From Candidatus Multivoradales bacterium (GTDB lineage: Bacteria; Acidobacteriota; Thermoanaerobaculia; Multivoradales; J023), in assembly GCA_965248925.1 (NCBI GenBank), contig CBDFLE010000006.1, forward strand, positions 800,001 through 864,000: a DNA stretch of 64,000 nucleotides, given 5' to 3'. This document shows positions 49,705 through 58,582 of the stretch, piece by piece (within the stretch, counting starts at the first letter, position 1; each line of letters begins with the position of its first letter). A program made the position numbers and the translations under genes. The notes under the pieces are model-generated. The model made no database searches, was not told the origin of the DNA, and saw only the letters and a list, made by a program, of their open reading frames with translations.

Positions 49705-50117
49705 TTGTCCTAGTCGACACCACGATCTGGTCCCTGGCGCTTCGCCGGCGGCCTGGCGTTCTGGGGTCAGGCGAACGATTGCTGGTCGAGGAGTGGGTTC
49801 GGCTAGTGCGCTCTGGCGAGGCGGTTCTGATCGGCCCGATCCGCCAAGAGATCCTCTCGGGAATCCGCTCCCAGCGTAGCTTTGATGCGATACAAGAGAG
49901 CCTCGGCGATTTCAGATATGTCGAGATCCTAGCTACCGATTACGATCAGGCGGCCTGCTTTTTCAACCGTTGCCGCAGCCATGGCATTGCTGGCACAGCG
50001 GTCGATCTCCTGATCTGTGCCGTAGCTCACCGCGTCGACATCCCAGTCTTCACCACCGACGGCGACTTTCGCCGCTATGCACCGCATGTCGGGATCCGCT
50101 TGCACGGCTCGGCCTGA
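49701..50117 (+). CDS. vapC: VapC PIN-domain toxin
   Basis: VLVDTTIWS, QEILSG, DLLI and TTDGDF acidic PIN residues. Confidence 0.92.
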   Translation: MIVLVDTTIWSLALRRRPGVLGSGERLLVEEWVRLVRSGEAVLIGPIRQEILSGIRSQRSFDAIQESLGDFRYVEILATDYDQAACFFNRCRSHGIAGTAVDLLICAVAHRVDIPVFTTDGDFRRYAPHVGIRLHGSA

Positions 50118-50185
50118 TCTGTCTTTCGCTCCTGAGCCTGCGAAGGTCCTTGGGGGGCCCGAGGAGTCCAGAGAACTTCCCTCAT
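50118..50185 (-). pseudogene. Frameshifted, truncated RelE/ParE-like toxin start
   Basis: ATG overlaps the antitoxin stop: MREVLWTPRA, then (shifted frame) KDLRRL. Confidence 0.45.
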
Positions 50186-50436
50186 CACTCGAGGCCGAGC
50201 CGCCGCCTGGCCTCCTGGTGGGAGACGTGCAACCCACCCTTGGCCTGACGGCGAGCCTCTGTGAGGCCACCGTCAATGTCATCGTCATCAGACTCATCAT
50301 CGGCTGGAGCTGAACGCAGCGCGCGGAGAACCGGGTCCGTGGTAGTTCGAAGAGCCTCCGGGACGCGCTGCACCTTCGGCAGGTTGCCTTCCGGCAGATC
50401 GTCGGCGATTCGAAGAAGAACTTTTCGTGCAGTCAT
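50185..50436 (-). CDS. Small acidic antitoxin-like protein (83 aa)
   Basis: DDLPEG...DPVLRALRSAPADDE...G..VSHQE...LG pattern typical of RelE-associated antitoxins. Confidence 0.6.
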   Translation of the reverse strand: MTARKVLLRIADDLPEGNLPKVQRVPEALRTTTDPVLRALRSAPADDESDDDDIDGGLTEARRQAKGGLHVSHQEARRRLGLE

Positions 50437-50486
50437 GACAGGTGGTCCGCGGGGACACTCGCCGGGCGAACCTGCATTACCACTCT

Positions 50487-53400
50487 TCAGTCCACTTCGA
50501 GGCGTAGCAGGTCGTTGGCCGCGACCGCCAGGCGACTGGCGATCTCTCCCACCCGAAGGGTGTACTCGCCCTCGGGCAGCCCGCCGATCACCAGCGGCAG
50601 CTCGGGACTCAACCAGGCTCCCACGCCGATGCGTTGGCGGAGAAGGGAGAGGTTCCAGCCGTCTGCAGAGATCAACTCCACCCAACCCTCCAGCTGCCGC
50701 GCTTCAAGCTTGACCGCTCCAGTCTCGCCAGACTCAAGATACAGCTGGCGAGTGCTGTCCAGATCCTCCCAGGCCCCTAGCACCCAACCACCATCGTCCA
50801 CCGCAGCCGCTCGCAAGCGCCGCGGATAGGGCGGCCGAAGCTCGACCCGAGCGACCCCAGCGGAGTCCAAGGTCAGGCGACGACTCTGGTGGTCGTCCCG
50901 CTCGAGAAAAACGAAAGCACCGGCAGCCGGCCCGCCATCTTGTCGGCCGACACGGATTTCCACCACTTCCCGGGCTTCTTCGGCCAGCACCAAGTACACC
51001 GGCTCACGGTCTTCGGGGGCCACCACCACGACTTCGCTACTGCGCGCTCCTGCAAGGGCGAAGAGCTGCTGGACGCCCATCTCAAGACCGGTCAGGGTGA
51101 AGGCTCCGGCAGCGTCGGTGCGCGCCACCGCGATACCCCCCACCGTCTGCACTCGCGCCCCAGGCACCGGCTGGTCGGCGCTATCCAGCACCACCCCCGC
51201 GATCCTGCGGCCAGGAAAATTCAACCGCACCGCATGCACAGCTACCGCCGGCAGCTCGACCCTCTGCGGGGCGCTGACCGCCCCGGATTCGAGCCATAGC
51301 ACGCTCCAGGTACCAGGCCGCAGACCCTCGCTGAAGAACTCTCCCGCGCCGTCGAGACTCACCTCCACCTGCGGCCGGCCAGCGCCGTAAATCTGCTGCG
51401 ACCGCGCTCCGAGCGCCGACCGGCGATGATTGATCAGCCCATGTACCGCGGTGTCCTCAGCACTCTGCCACAGCAGCCTGCCGCCGCTGGCGGGCTCGCC
51501 CCCGACGGTCACCGAGCCGGACACCCGCAGGGGCGATTGCTGACAATCTACCTCGCTCAATCCGGCCTCGGGGACCTCGACCTGCTGCTCGCAGAGCAGT
51601 TTGCGATCGAGCAAGACCGAGATGTTGGCCAGCCCCGGCGGCACATGCAGAAACTCAGCCTGGCCATCGACCACGGTGGCCGACAGCATGTCCATCTCCA
51701 TCCACCGGCGCCGCAGATCTAGACGCACGGTCGCACCATTGGCGACATCCTCGGCAAAGACCAGCACCCTGCTGCCGGCCTGCAAGTAGATCTCTCCCAG
51801 ATCAAGCAGCGACTCTTCGGTGTCGACCGTCAGGTGGCGACGGGCCAGGCCTGGAGCGTCGATGCGTAGCAGGGTTGGCTGCCGCGGCAGGCCGGTGAAC
51901 TCGAACTCACCCGTGGCGCCGCTCTGCGCCTGCAGCAGATCCCCCTGAGCCCAGGCGACCAGCGCCCCCTGCTCCCCCAAGCGCGGCGCCCACACCCTGG
52001 CGCCAGTGATCGCCGAGCCGTCAGTTTGGCGCAACAGCCGGCCCCGAACTTCGACGCCCTGCGGCGCCAGCAAGTCACCGAGGTCGCGAAGCTCCCCGCG
52101 GCGGCCGGATTGCAGGTGAACCGCCAGCTCGCGGGTTCTCAAGGAGCGCAACAGCAGGCGGCTCGGCAGGCCGGGCTGCAAGTCGAGTTCGAAACGCCCA
52201 TCAGATTGCAAATCGTAATCTTGATAGTGATGGCCATGCTCCACCCGCACGCTGCCGGCAGCGACCGCCACCCCCTCTGCATCCAGCAATCTGCCGGTGA
52301 CTCCAAAAGCCCGTTGCAACACCACCACCGGCGGCTCTTTGGGAAAGGGCGGCTGCACGGTGGGGCTGGCTGCGAGATGGCCGGCGGCGCTGACCTCCAG
52401 ACGCAGGGGCTCGCTGGCGGAGACTCCGGCGAGCCGCGCCTGGCCGGCGGCGTCAGTGGTGGCCGTACGTCCGCCCCCAGCGCTGAGGGCCGCGCCCGCC
52501 ACCGCCCGGCCCCTATCGTCGCGCACGATCAGCACCAGCGTTGCAGCGGATTGCAGCGTCACCTCGCCCAGGTCGGCGCTGCCCGCCGCCAGGTCGAGAC
52601 GAGTCTGGAAGGGCGCGAAGCCATCGCGGTGAGCCAACAGTCCGGCTTCACCAGCGGGCAAGCCGGCCAAGGACCAGGCCCCCGAGGGATCGCTGGTAGT
52701 CCCCCGTCCGGCCAAGGCAGCATCGCCCGCCAGCCACACCTCTGCCTTGACCTCCACCCCCTCCAGGCCCTCACCCGCCGGGTCTAGAAATCGGCCGCGG
52801 ACCGTGGCTCCGACTGGCAGCTGGACCCTCGGTGGTAAGGCTACCACCCGGCCGTCCCACGCCACCGAGGCGTGCTGCCGCTCACTGAGGATCAACTTCA
52901 GCGAGGCATGGTCCGGCAACGCTTGCAGCTCGACCGCACCCCCGGGCCCGGCGACCCACTGCGCCCACACTCCGCCACCCTTGCCAGTGCTGGCAACCGC
53001 CAATGCGGTCACCGCCGAGCTGGCCAACGGCTGGCGATCCGCACCGACAATCTGAAGGAAGTGATTTTCAGCCACCTCCGCCACGAGCACCGCCCGCTGT
53101 TGCCTCGGCCGTACATCCAGCCACCAAGATCCCTGATCCTCGCCCACCAGCCGCAGTCGCCAGGGGCGACCGTCACGAGGCAAACGAAGCACCGAACGAC
53201 CGCCCAATTGCCAGGCCGGCAACAGCGCTTCCGGCACCTGCTGCCACATCTCCAGCGGCGCCGCTCGCAGACTCAGCGCCGCCTCACCCTGCTGCGCCCC
53301 ACGGACCCGTACTTCCAGGGTCTGCGCCGCCGGGGCAGTCTCCCAAGCAGCCAGCTCTGCCGGCGCCAAGCGCACCGGCGGCGAGGCCTCGCTCCACAGC

Positions 53401-53567
53401 CAGACTTGCTCGAGCCCCGCCGGCAACTCACTCGGCAAGGTGTCGACCGCTTCAAAACGACCCTGCGAGAACACCAGGACCGCCGCCGCTTGCAGATCGC
53501 TGCAAGGGAGCAAGAACAAAGTCAAAGCCAAGGCGATGGGAAAGGTTACTTTGACAGATCCGTTCAT
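50487..53567 (-). CDS. Large secreted protein with repeated carboxypeptidase-regulatory-like (Ig-like) domains
   Basis: Signal peptide; repeated V.G.V.D..G.PV.GA.V...TD..G.F.L.GL modules; ATG overlaps the upstream stop. Confidence 0.85.
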   Translation of the reverse strand: MNGSVKVTFPIALALTLFLLPCSDLQAAAVLVFSQGRFEAVDTLPSELPAGLEQVWLWSEASPPVRLAPAELAAWETAPAAQTLEVRVRGAQQGEAALSLRAAPLEMWQQVPEALLPAWQLGGRSVLRLPRDGRPWRLRLVGEDQGSWWLDVRPRQQRAVLVAEVAENHFLQIVGADRQPLASSAVTALAVASTGKGGGVWAQWVAGPGGAVELQALPDHASLKLILSERQHASVAWDGRVVALPPRVQLPVGATVRGRFLDPAGEGLEGVEVKAEVWLAGDAALAGRGTTSDPSGAWSLAGLPAGEAGLLAHRDGFAPFQTRLDLAAGSADLGEVTLQSAATLVLIVRDDRGRAVAGAALSAGGGRTATTDAAGQARLAGVSASEPLRLEVSAAGHLAASPTVQPPFPKEPPVVVLQRAFGVTGRLLDAEGVAVAAGSVRVEHGHHYQDYDLQSDGRFELDLQPGLPSRLLLRSLRTRELAVHLQSGRRGELRDLGDLLAPQGVEVRGRLLRQTDGSAITGARVWAPRLGEQGALVAWAQGDLLQAQSGATGEFEFTGLPRQPTLLRIDAPGLARRHLTVDTEESLLDLGEIYLQAGSRVLVFAEDVANGATVRLDLRRRWMEMDMLSATVVDGQAEFLHVPPGLANISVLLDRKLLCEQQVEVPEAGLSEVDCQQSPLRVSGSVTVGGEPASGGRLLWQSAEDTAVHGLINHRRSALGARSQQIYGAGRPQVEVSLDGAGEFFSEGLRPGTWSVLWLESGAVSAPQRVELPAVAVHAVRLNFPGRRIAGVVLDSADQPVPGARVQTVGGIAVARTDAAGAFTLTGLEMGVQQLFALAGARSSEVVVVAPEDREPVYLVLAEEAREVVEIRVGRQDGGPAAGAFVFLERDDHQSRRLTLDSAGVARVELRPPYPRRLRAAAVDDGGWVLGAWEDLDSTRQLYLESGETGAVKLEARQLEGWVELISADGWNLSLLRQRIGVGAWLSPELPLVIGGLPEGEYTLRVGEIASRLAVAANDLLRLEVD

Positions 53568-54649
53568 AGCAGGAACTCCGCAAACACCAGCTTCGAGGGC
53601 GTGGCTTTAGTCTTATGAGGCAAGGTGGCACCACTTTGGTAGAGCAGAAATACCGCTTCCTTGCCTCTGAGATCGGCATGCAAATGCCCATGGTCGGAAG
53701 GAAAAGTCAGTGGCAGATCGAGCCACAGCGGTGGCTTACCGCGGTAGAGCACCACCAGCCGCCAAGACACCACCCCGGCGCCTGAGACCCGGCGAGTGAT
53801 CAGGCCGATCTCGCCACCGACCGGCAAGATCTCATCAACGATCTCAAATTGGTTGATCCAAGCACGACGGGCGAGCACGTCTCGCGACAGGAGGTCCCTC
53901 TTCTCTTCCGAGTGGTCGCAGCGCATGCCAATACCCAAGGGCTCGGTCTCCCAGGTGTAGACCTGCTTGGCGGATGCGTCGAGCAGAAAGACATCAGGTT
54001 CCGCGCCGGGCACCAGCACCAGGGAGCCATCGGCGAGGAAACGCAAGACTCCCAGCTCACTGACACGGCAGAAATCAAAGGCCCGTGCGCCAGGGCCGGT
54101 CTGCGAAAATTGAATTGGGCGAAACTCGACCGACTCTCGCCCCAGCCTGGCCAGCCAGCCGATGCCGCCAGTGGGTGCCAGCTGGCGGTCGTCATCACGG
54201 CGGATACCCAGCACTGCCAGCCGATCTCCGAACAGGGCGATGTCCTCAACAAACTCGAAGTACTGCTTATCCGCCAACCCCTCAGCCTGACCGTGACGCC
54301 GCCAACCGACCTCGTAGATCAAAGAGGCTACCCCCAAGTAGCTGTCAGAACGGGCCAGGAGACTGGTCATGACCACCTCCCCTGATCCGTGCCCAGTACG
54401 GCTGAGAATCCTCGGCGCCGCCTCGTCAAGAGAATAGTTCACTGCCCCAAACGGAGAGACTGCGAGAAAAACCGCCTTTCCCTCAGCCCAGCGGACATCC
54501 TGTGCCGCTGCAATATCGCCTCTGAGTAGCAACTCCGACTGGACTTTGACCTCCAGGCTTTGGAGGACGGTCGGGGCCAGCATTAGAGCCGAGAACTGAA
54601 CGAACGCCAGGACTGCCCGCCAGCACTCGCGTATACCGAGGATTCCCAC
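53564..54649 (-). CDS. Secreted hypothetical protein, probable beta-propeller
   Basis: Signal-like N-terminus; short beta-strand-rich segments (DVRW, DIALFGDRLAVLG, LRFLADGSLVLVPG). Confidence 0.7.
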   Translation of the reverse strand: MGILGIRECWRAVLAFVQFSALMLAPTVLQSLEVKVQSELLLRGDIAAAQDVRWAEGKAVFLAVSPFGAVNYSLDEAAPRILSRTGHGSGEVVMTSLLARSDSYLGVASLIYEVGWRRHGQAEGLADKQYFEFVEDIALFGDRLAVLGIRRDDDRQLAPTGGIGWLARLGRESVEFRPIQFSQTGPGARAFDFCRVSELGVLRFLADGSLVLVPGAEPDVFLLDASAKQVYTWETEPLGIGMRCDHSEEKRDLLSRDVLARRAWINQFEIVDEILPVGGEIGLITRRVSGAGVVSWRLVVLYRGKPPLWLDLPLTFPSDHGHLHADLRGKEAVFLLYQSGATLPHKTKATPSKLVFAEFLL

Positions 54650-54661
54650 CTTCAGCCCCCG

Positions 54662-54883
54662 TCAGGGCCTGCAGCTAGATCCGTTGGTGACGCAGTAGCC
54701 GCCGGTCTTGTTCTCGACACACTCCGTACAGCCGCCACCACTGCCCCCGCACCAGTAACTACCTCCAGCGCTCACGATCCCGGAGTTGGAATAAGTCTCA
54801 CAGCCAGCGCCTTCAAGGGTCAGGGCTCCAGTCACCAAGATCACCGCGGACAGTCCGGATAGAAGTACTTTTCTTGCGCGCAT
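54662..54883 (-). CDS. Small secreted Gly/Cys-rich peptide (6 Cys)
   Basis: GGAGG RBS, Sec-type signal, mature part GCETY...WCGGSGGGCTECV...YCVTNGSSCRP. Confidence 0.8.
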   Translation of the reverse strand: MRARKVLLSGLSAVILVTGALTLEGAGCETYSNSGIVSAGGSYWCGGSGGGCTECVENKTGGYCVTNGSSCRP

Positions 54884-55450
54884 AATCCAGCCTCCAAAAC
54901 AAAAGAGTTTTCTGCTTAGTGTTTCTCAAACAGGGCCAAGGAACGACAAGAGGCGGGCAAGGCGGCGCACGGCATTCGGGCAGGAGCGGACGAGTATTAT
55001 TTCGCAAGCTGCCTCCAACAACAATAGAGAGTCCAGCGTGGCTGCTCAAGGACCGACAAAAACCATTTGGTAACAAGAGAGCCGGACCAAGCGCCACTCG
55101 GCCCCCTCCTTGCCGAGGGCAGCCAGCACTTCTTGCATGCGCCGATCAAAAACTCTCAAAAAACGATTGCAACGTACCACAAGCGGCAGAGAGAGTCCAG
55201 GCCGGATCCGTGGCAGCGGAGGCAGCGCCGGGGTGGTGCCACTCATTTCTCGCCGATCAGCCGCCCGCACCCGATGCAGCGGTTGAGTCCATCCCTAATC
55301 GAGGCGTGCTCGCCGTCATTCAGCGCGCCAGACAGGCGCCCATAGTAGTTGCTCATCGCCGAAACGCAGCCGGCGGTCCGTCCCAGCCGCTCGGCGATGA
55401 GCCTGTCCGGTGCCGTACTGCCAAGGAGGTGCCAGTCATTTCATCGGCCG

Positions 55451-56638
55451 TCATTTCTTCGGGGCATGCTCGCCGCCATCAGGACGCCACAGAGGCACCT
55501 CATAGTAGTGGCGCATCGTCCTGATGTTGCCGACTGGCCGTCCCAGCCGCTCGGCGATGACCCGGTCCGGTGCCGTACCGAGCAGGGCGATCTCCTCGGG
55601 CTTCCACTTGCGCTGCTGACGCACGGCCGGAATCCCCATGGCGGACCGTATTGCGCCAACCCTTGTCTTCGACAAACCGACATCCTGGGCGATCTCTTTG
55701 TCGGTATCGCGGCCGAGCCGAGCCACCAGCTGAGGCGTCCAGCGCAGCTCCGGCTCGGAAGCCGCTGTGATGCCCTGCTCTGCTCGAAGTTTGGCGATGG
55801 TGGGCCTCGACAGACCGGTACGTGCGCGAACCTCTTTGCTCGGCAGCCCGAGCAACGCGTTCAGCTCGGGAGTTCTCACCACGGACAGCTTGGCATGCGG
55901 CTTGGCAGCGATGCCGAGTTCCTGGCGTTTCTTGCCAGCGCTCGCTGGCGACATGCCGTGCCGGTGCGCGATCGCGGTATCGCTCTCCTTGCCGAGCCGC
56001 TCGGTCATCTCGTCGCTCCAGACGATCGGTGGCCCCTTGGGGTTGTGTGCCTCGATGCCGAATTGCTGACGCTTGATGGTTACCGACGACGCGGCGATCC
56101 CAAATCGCTTGGCCGCCGCCCGATCTGTCATCGTGCCGAGCAGAGCCTTTCGTTTCTCTGTCCAACGAAAGCGGTTGGGGGATGAGTGCGGCGGAGGGTT
56201 GCAAGCAGCGATGCCAAGCACAATCCGCTTGCGAGTGACCGTCTCTTTGCACACGCCGAGCTGCTCAGCGACAGCGCGGTCACTGTCGGCTCCCAAGCTG
56301 GCGATCATCTCGTCGGTCCACACCACGTCAGGGCGCCGTGGGCGAAAGGCGGATATCCCGCGTCGAATCCGCTCGCGACGGACCTTGGTGCCGCTGATCC
56401 CGAATTTTTTGCCGAGCGTCTCGTCAGGGGCCTCGCCGAGCAGAGCAACCAGCCGCGCGGGACAACGAAACCGCTTCCTGGCAATTGGCTGGCGCTCGAT
56501 CTCCACCCGCCTGGCGGGCGCCGGCGGCCGGTCTTGCGCCGGCTGTTCGCGCATCCGTAGGAGGCCCTCGGTGAGGGAACGATGGCGCCCTGGTTCTGTG
56601 CGGCGGCGTGCTCTCGGAGGTGTGGAGGACTTGGACAT
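55451..56638 (-). CDS. Protein of 7 tandem ~46-aa HTH-like repeats
   Basis: Consensus WT.E..A.LG...D..IA..LG.....V...R...GI; start uncertain. Confidence 0.8.
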   Translation of the reverse strand: MSKSSTPPRARRRTEPGRHRSLTEGLLRMREQPAQDRPPAPARRVEIERQPIARKRFRCPARLVALLGEAPDETLGKKFGISGTKVRRERIRRGISAFRPRRPDVVWTDEMIASLGADSDRAVAEQLGVCKETVTRKRIVLGIAACNPPPHSSPNRFRWTEKRKALLGTMTDRAAAKRFGIAASSVTIKRQQFGIEAHNPKGPPIVWSDEMTERLGKESDTAIAHRHGMSPASAGKKRQELGIAAKPHAKLSVVRTPELNALLGLPSKEVRARTGLSRPTIAKLRAEQGITAASEPELRWTPQLVARLGRDTDKEIAQDVGLSKTRVGAIRSAMGIPAVRQQRKWKPEEIALLGTAPDRVIAERLGRPVGNIRTMRHYYEVPLWRPDGGEHAPKK

Positions 56639-56842
56639 CGTGGCAATCCGAAGGAGAGTAGAGAGAGAGGGTGACAAGTCACTTCTCGGCTAGCTACGGG
56701 GAGAGTCTATCGCTTCATCCTGAAGTGCAGGCGGATCCGATCACGGCGACAGATCACCAGACTCGAAATCGTCAGCAAAGACCTCTTCACGGCTCGACAA
56801 AGACGCGCGAGAGCGCGGCCCTCAGCGTAAACTGGCCGCGAC

Positions 56843-57736
56843 ATGGGCGGAGACTCTAGCACTGGCGGCACGATTCTGGTGACCGGTGCCGCCGGCAAGA
56901 CAGGCCGGGCGGTGCTGCGAGCATTGCGCGACTGCGAAGCACCGGCTCGGGCACTGGTGCGGCGGCGCGAGCAGGAGGAGGTGGCGCGAGCCGCCGGCGC
57001 CAGGGACGTGATGCGCGGGGATCTCCGCGATCCGCAGGCGATGGTGCAGGCTACCGCTGGTGCGGCGGCGGTGTACCACATCGCTCCCAACATGAGCCCC
57101 GACGAAATCGAGATCGGTCGCACCGTTCTTGCCGCCGCGCACCGGGCGGGAGTGCGCCGGTTCGTCTTCCACTCGGTCCTCCACCCGCAGACCGAGGCCA
57201 TGTCACACCACTGGCGCAAGCTCCGGGTCGAGGAGCAGCTGCTCGAGACGGGCTTGCCCTTCACCATCTTGCAACCGGCCGCCTACATGCAGAACGTCCT
57301 GGCCCAGCGGCAGCGCCTGCTCGAGGAAGGCAGCTACTCGGTTCCCTACGACAGAGCGACCCGGATCGCCATGGTGGACTTGGTGGACGTGGCCGAGGTG
57401 GCGGCCAAGGTGCTGACGGAGGACGGCCACCTCGGCGCCACCTACGAGCTTTGCGCCGAGAATCTGACCCAGGACGAAGTCGCGGCCCAGCTGGGAGAGG
57501 CGCTCGGCCGCCCGATTCGCGCCGTCACTGTCCCCCTCGAGCGGTGGCGAGCGCAAGCGCGATCCTCCGGGCTGGACGAAGCGCGGTGTGAGGCCCTGCT
57601 CACCATGTTCCGCTTCTACCAGCGTCACGGTTTCACTGGCAACCGCAACGTGCTGCGCTGGCTGCTGGGCCGCGAGCCCACGAGCTTCCGCGATTTCGCC
57701 TCGAGGGCTGCTCAGTCCCGGACACCTGTGGGATGA
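56843..57736 (+). CDS. NmrA-family NAD(P)-binding protein (atypical SDR)
   Basis: ILVTGAAGKTG, GDL.D, K..VE..L, LQPAAYMQN and DVAEVAA motifs. Confidence 0.9.
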   Translation: MGGDSSTGGTILVTGAAGKTGRAVLRALRDCEAPARALVRRREQEEVARAAGARDVMRGDLRDPQAMVQATAGAAAVYHIAPNMSPDEIEIGRTVLAAAHRAGVRRFVFHSVLHPQTEAMSHHWRKLRVEEQLLETGLPFTILQPAAYMQNVLAQRQRLLEEGSYSVPYDRATRIAMVDLVDVAEVAAKVLTEDGHLGATYELCAENLTQDEVAAQLGEALGRPIRAVTVPLERWRAQARSSGLDEARCEALLTMFRFYQRHGFTGNRNVLRWLLGREPTSFRDFASRAAQSRTPVG

Positions 57737-57820
57737 CTGGAGCGGTCTGAGATGCTGCTCGCCAGGACCTACGCACTACAGCTGCTGCAGGTGCCACTCA
57801 CTTCTTGGCAGCCTGAAGAC

Positions 57821-58582
57821 CTAGCTCGGAAGATAAGCCCGCATCTGCCCACTATCCACTAGGCTCAACCATTGCTCCGCCAACCGCCTGGCGAAGGTCT
57901 GATCTTCGATCAGCACCCCTACTTCGAGGTTGCGGTAGAGGCCGCGGTCGGTGAAGTTGGCGGAGCTGACCAGCACCCAGCGATGGTCGACGACGGCGCA
58001 TTTGGCATGCAGGCTGGCAAGGGCGCCGGGGGCGATGGTGCGGGGGTCGTAGTAGAGCGCCGGGCGGGGCAGGCCGAAGGGCCAGTTGTCGGCGTAGAAG
58101 CGTTCGCAGGCCTGGCTGGCGTGGCGTTGGGGATCGCTACCTCGGGGGGCACGTTCGATATCGAGGAAGAAAGTGGCCTCGACCCCTCTCTCGACCATCA
58201 CCCGATGCAGCGGCCGCAACAGCTCGGCGCCGTGGTCGAAGCGGTAGCCGCCGACCAACACCTGCTGCTCGGCCTTGCTGAACAGCTCGCGCACCACCAC
58301 CGCGCTGTCGCGGGCCGGGCGCAGACCGGCTTCAGGGCCGGTCCACACCAGCTCGAGGTGGGAGCTGGGGTGATGGCGGCGTTCGGCAATCACCGCCTCG
58401 AGGGCCGGCAAGGCCTGTTCCGCGGCGAGAGCCTCGAGGGGACCCAGGCGATCGGCCAGCTGGGCCAGGCCCAGGGTGGTCAGCGAGGCGGCGTCGAGTT
58501 GGCGGATCTTGCCGTGCCGCAGGGCTCGCCGCAGCAGCTCGAGGTCGGCGGTGGCGACACCGGTCAGACCGAGATCAGGCAC
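57821..58582 (-). CDS. drmC: DISARM phospholipase D-family nuclease DrmC
   Basis: LVWTGP, HAKCAVVD (HxKxxxxD), SANFT, NLEVG; downstream of drmB. Confidence 0.9.
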   Translation of the reverse strand: MPDLGLTGVATADLELLRRALRHGKIRQLDAASLTTLGLAQLADRLGPLEALAAEQALPALEAVIAERRHHPSSHLELVWTGPEAGLRPARDSAVVVRELFSKAEQQVLVGGYRFDHGAELLRPLHRVMVERGVEATFFLDIERAPRGSDPQRHASQACERFYADNWPFGLPRPALYYDPRTIAPGALASLHAKCAVVDHRWVLVSSANFTDRGLYRNLEVGVLIEDQTFARRLAEQWLSLVDSGQMRAYLPS

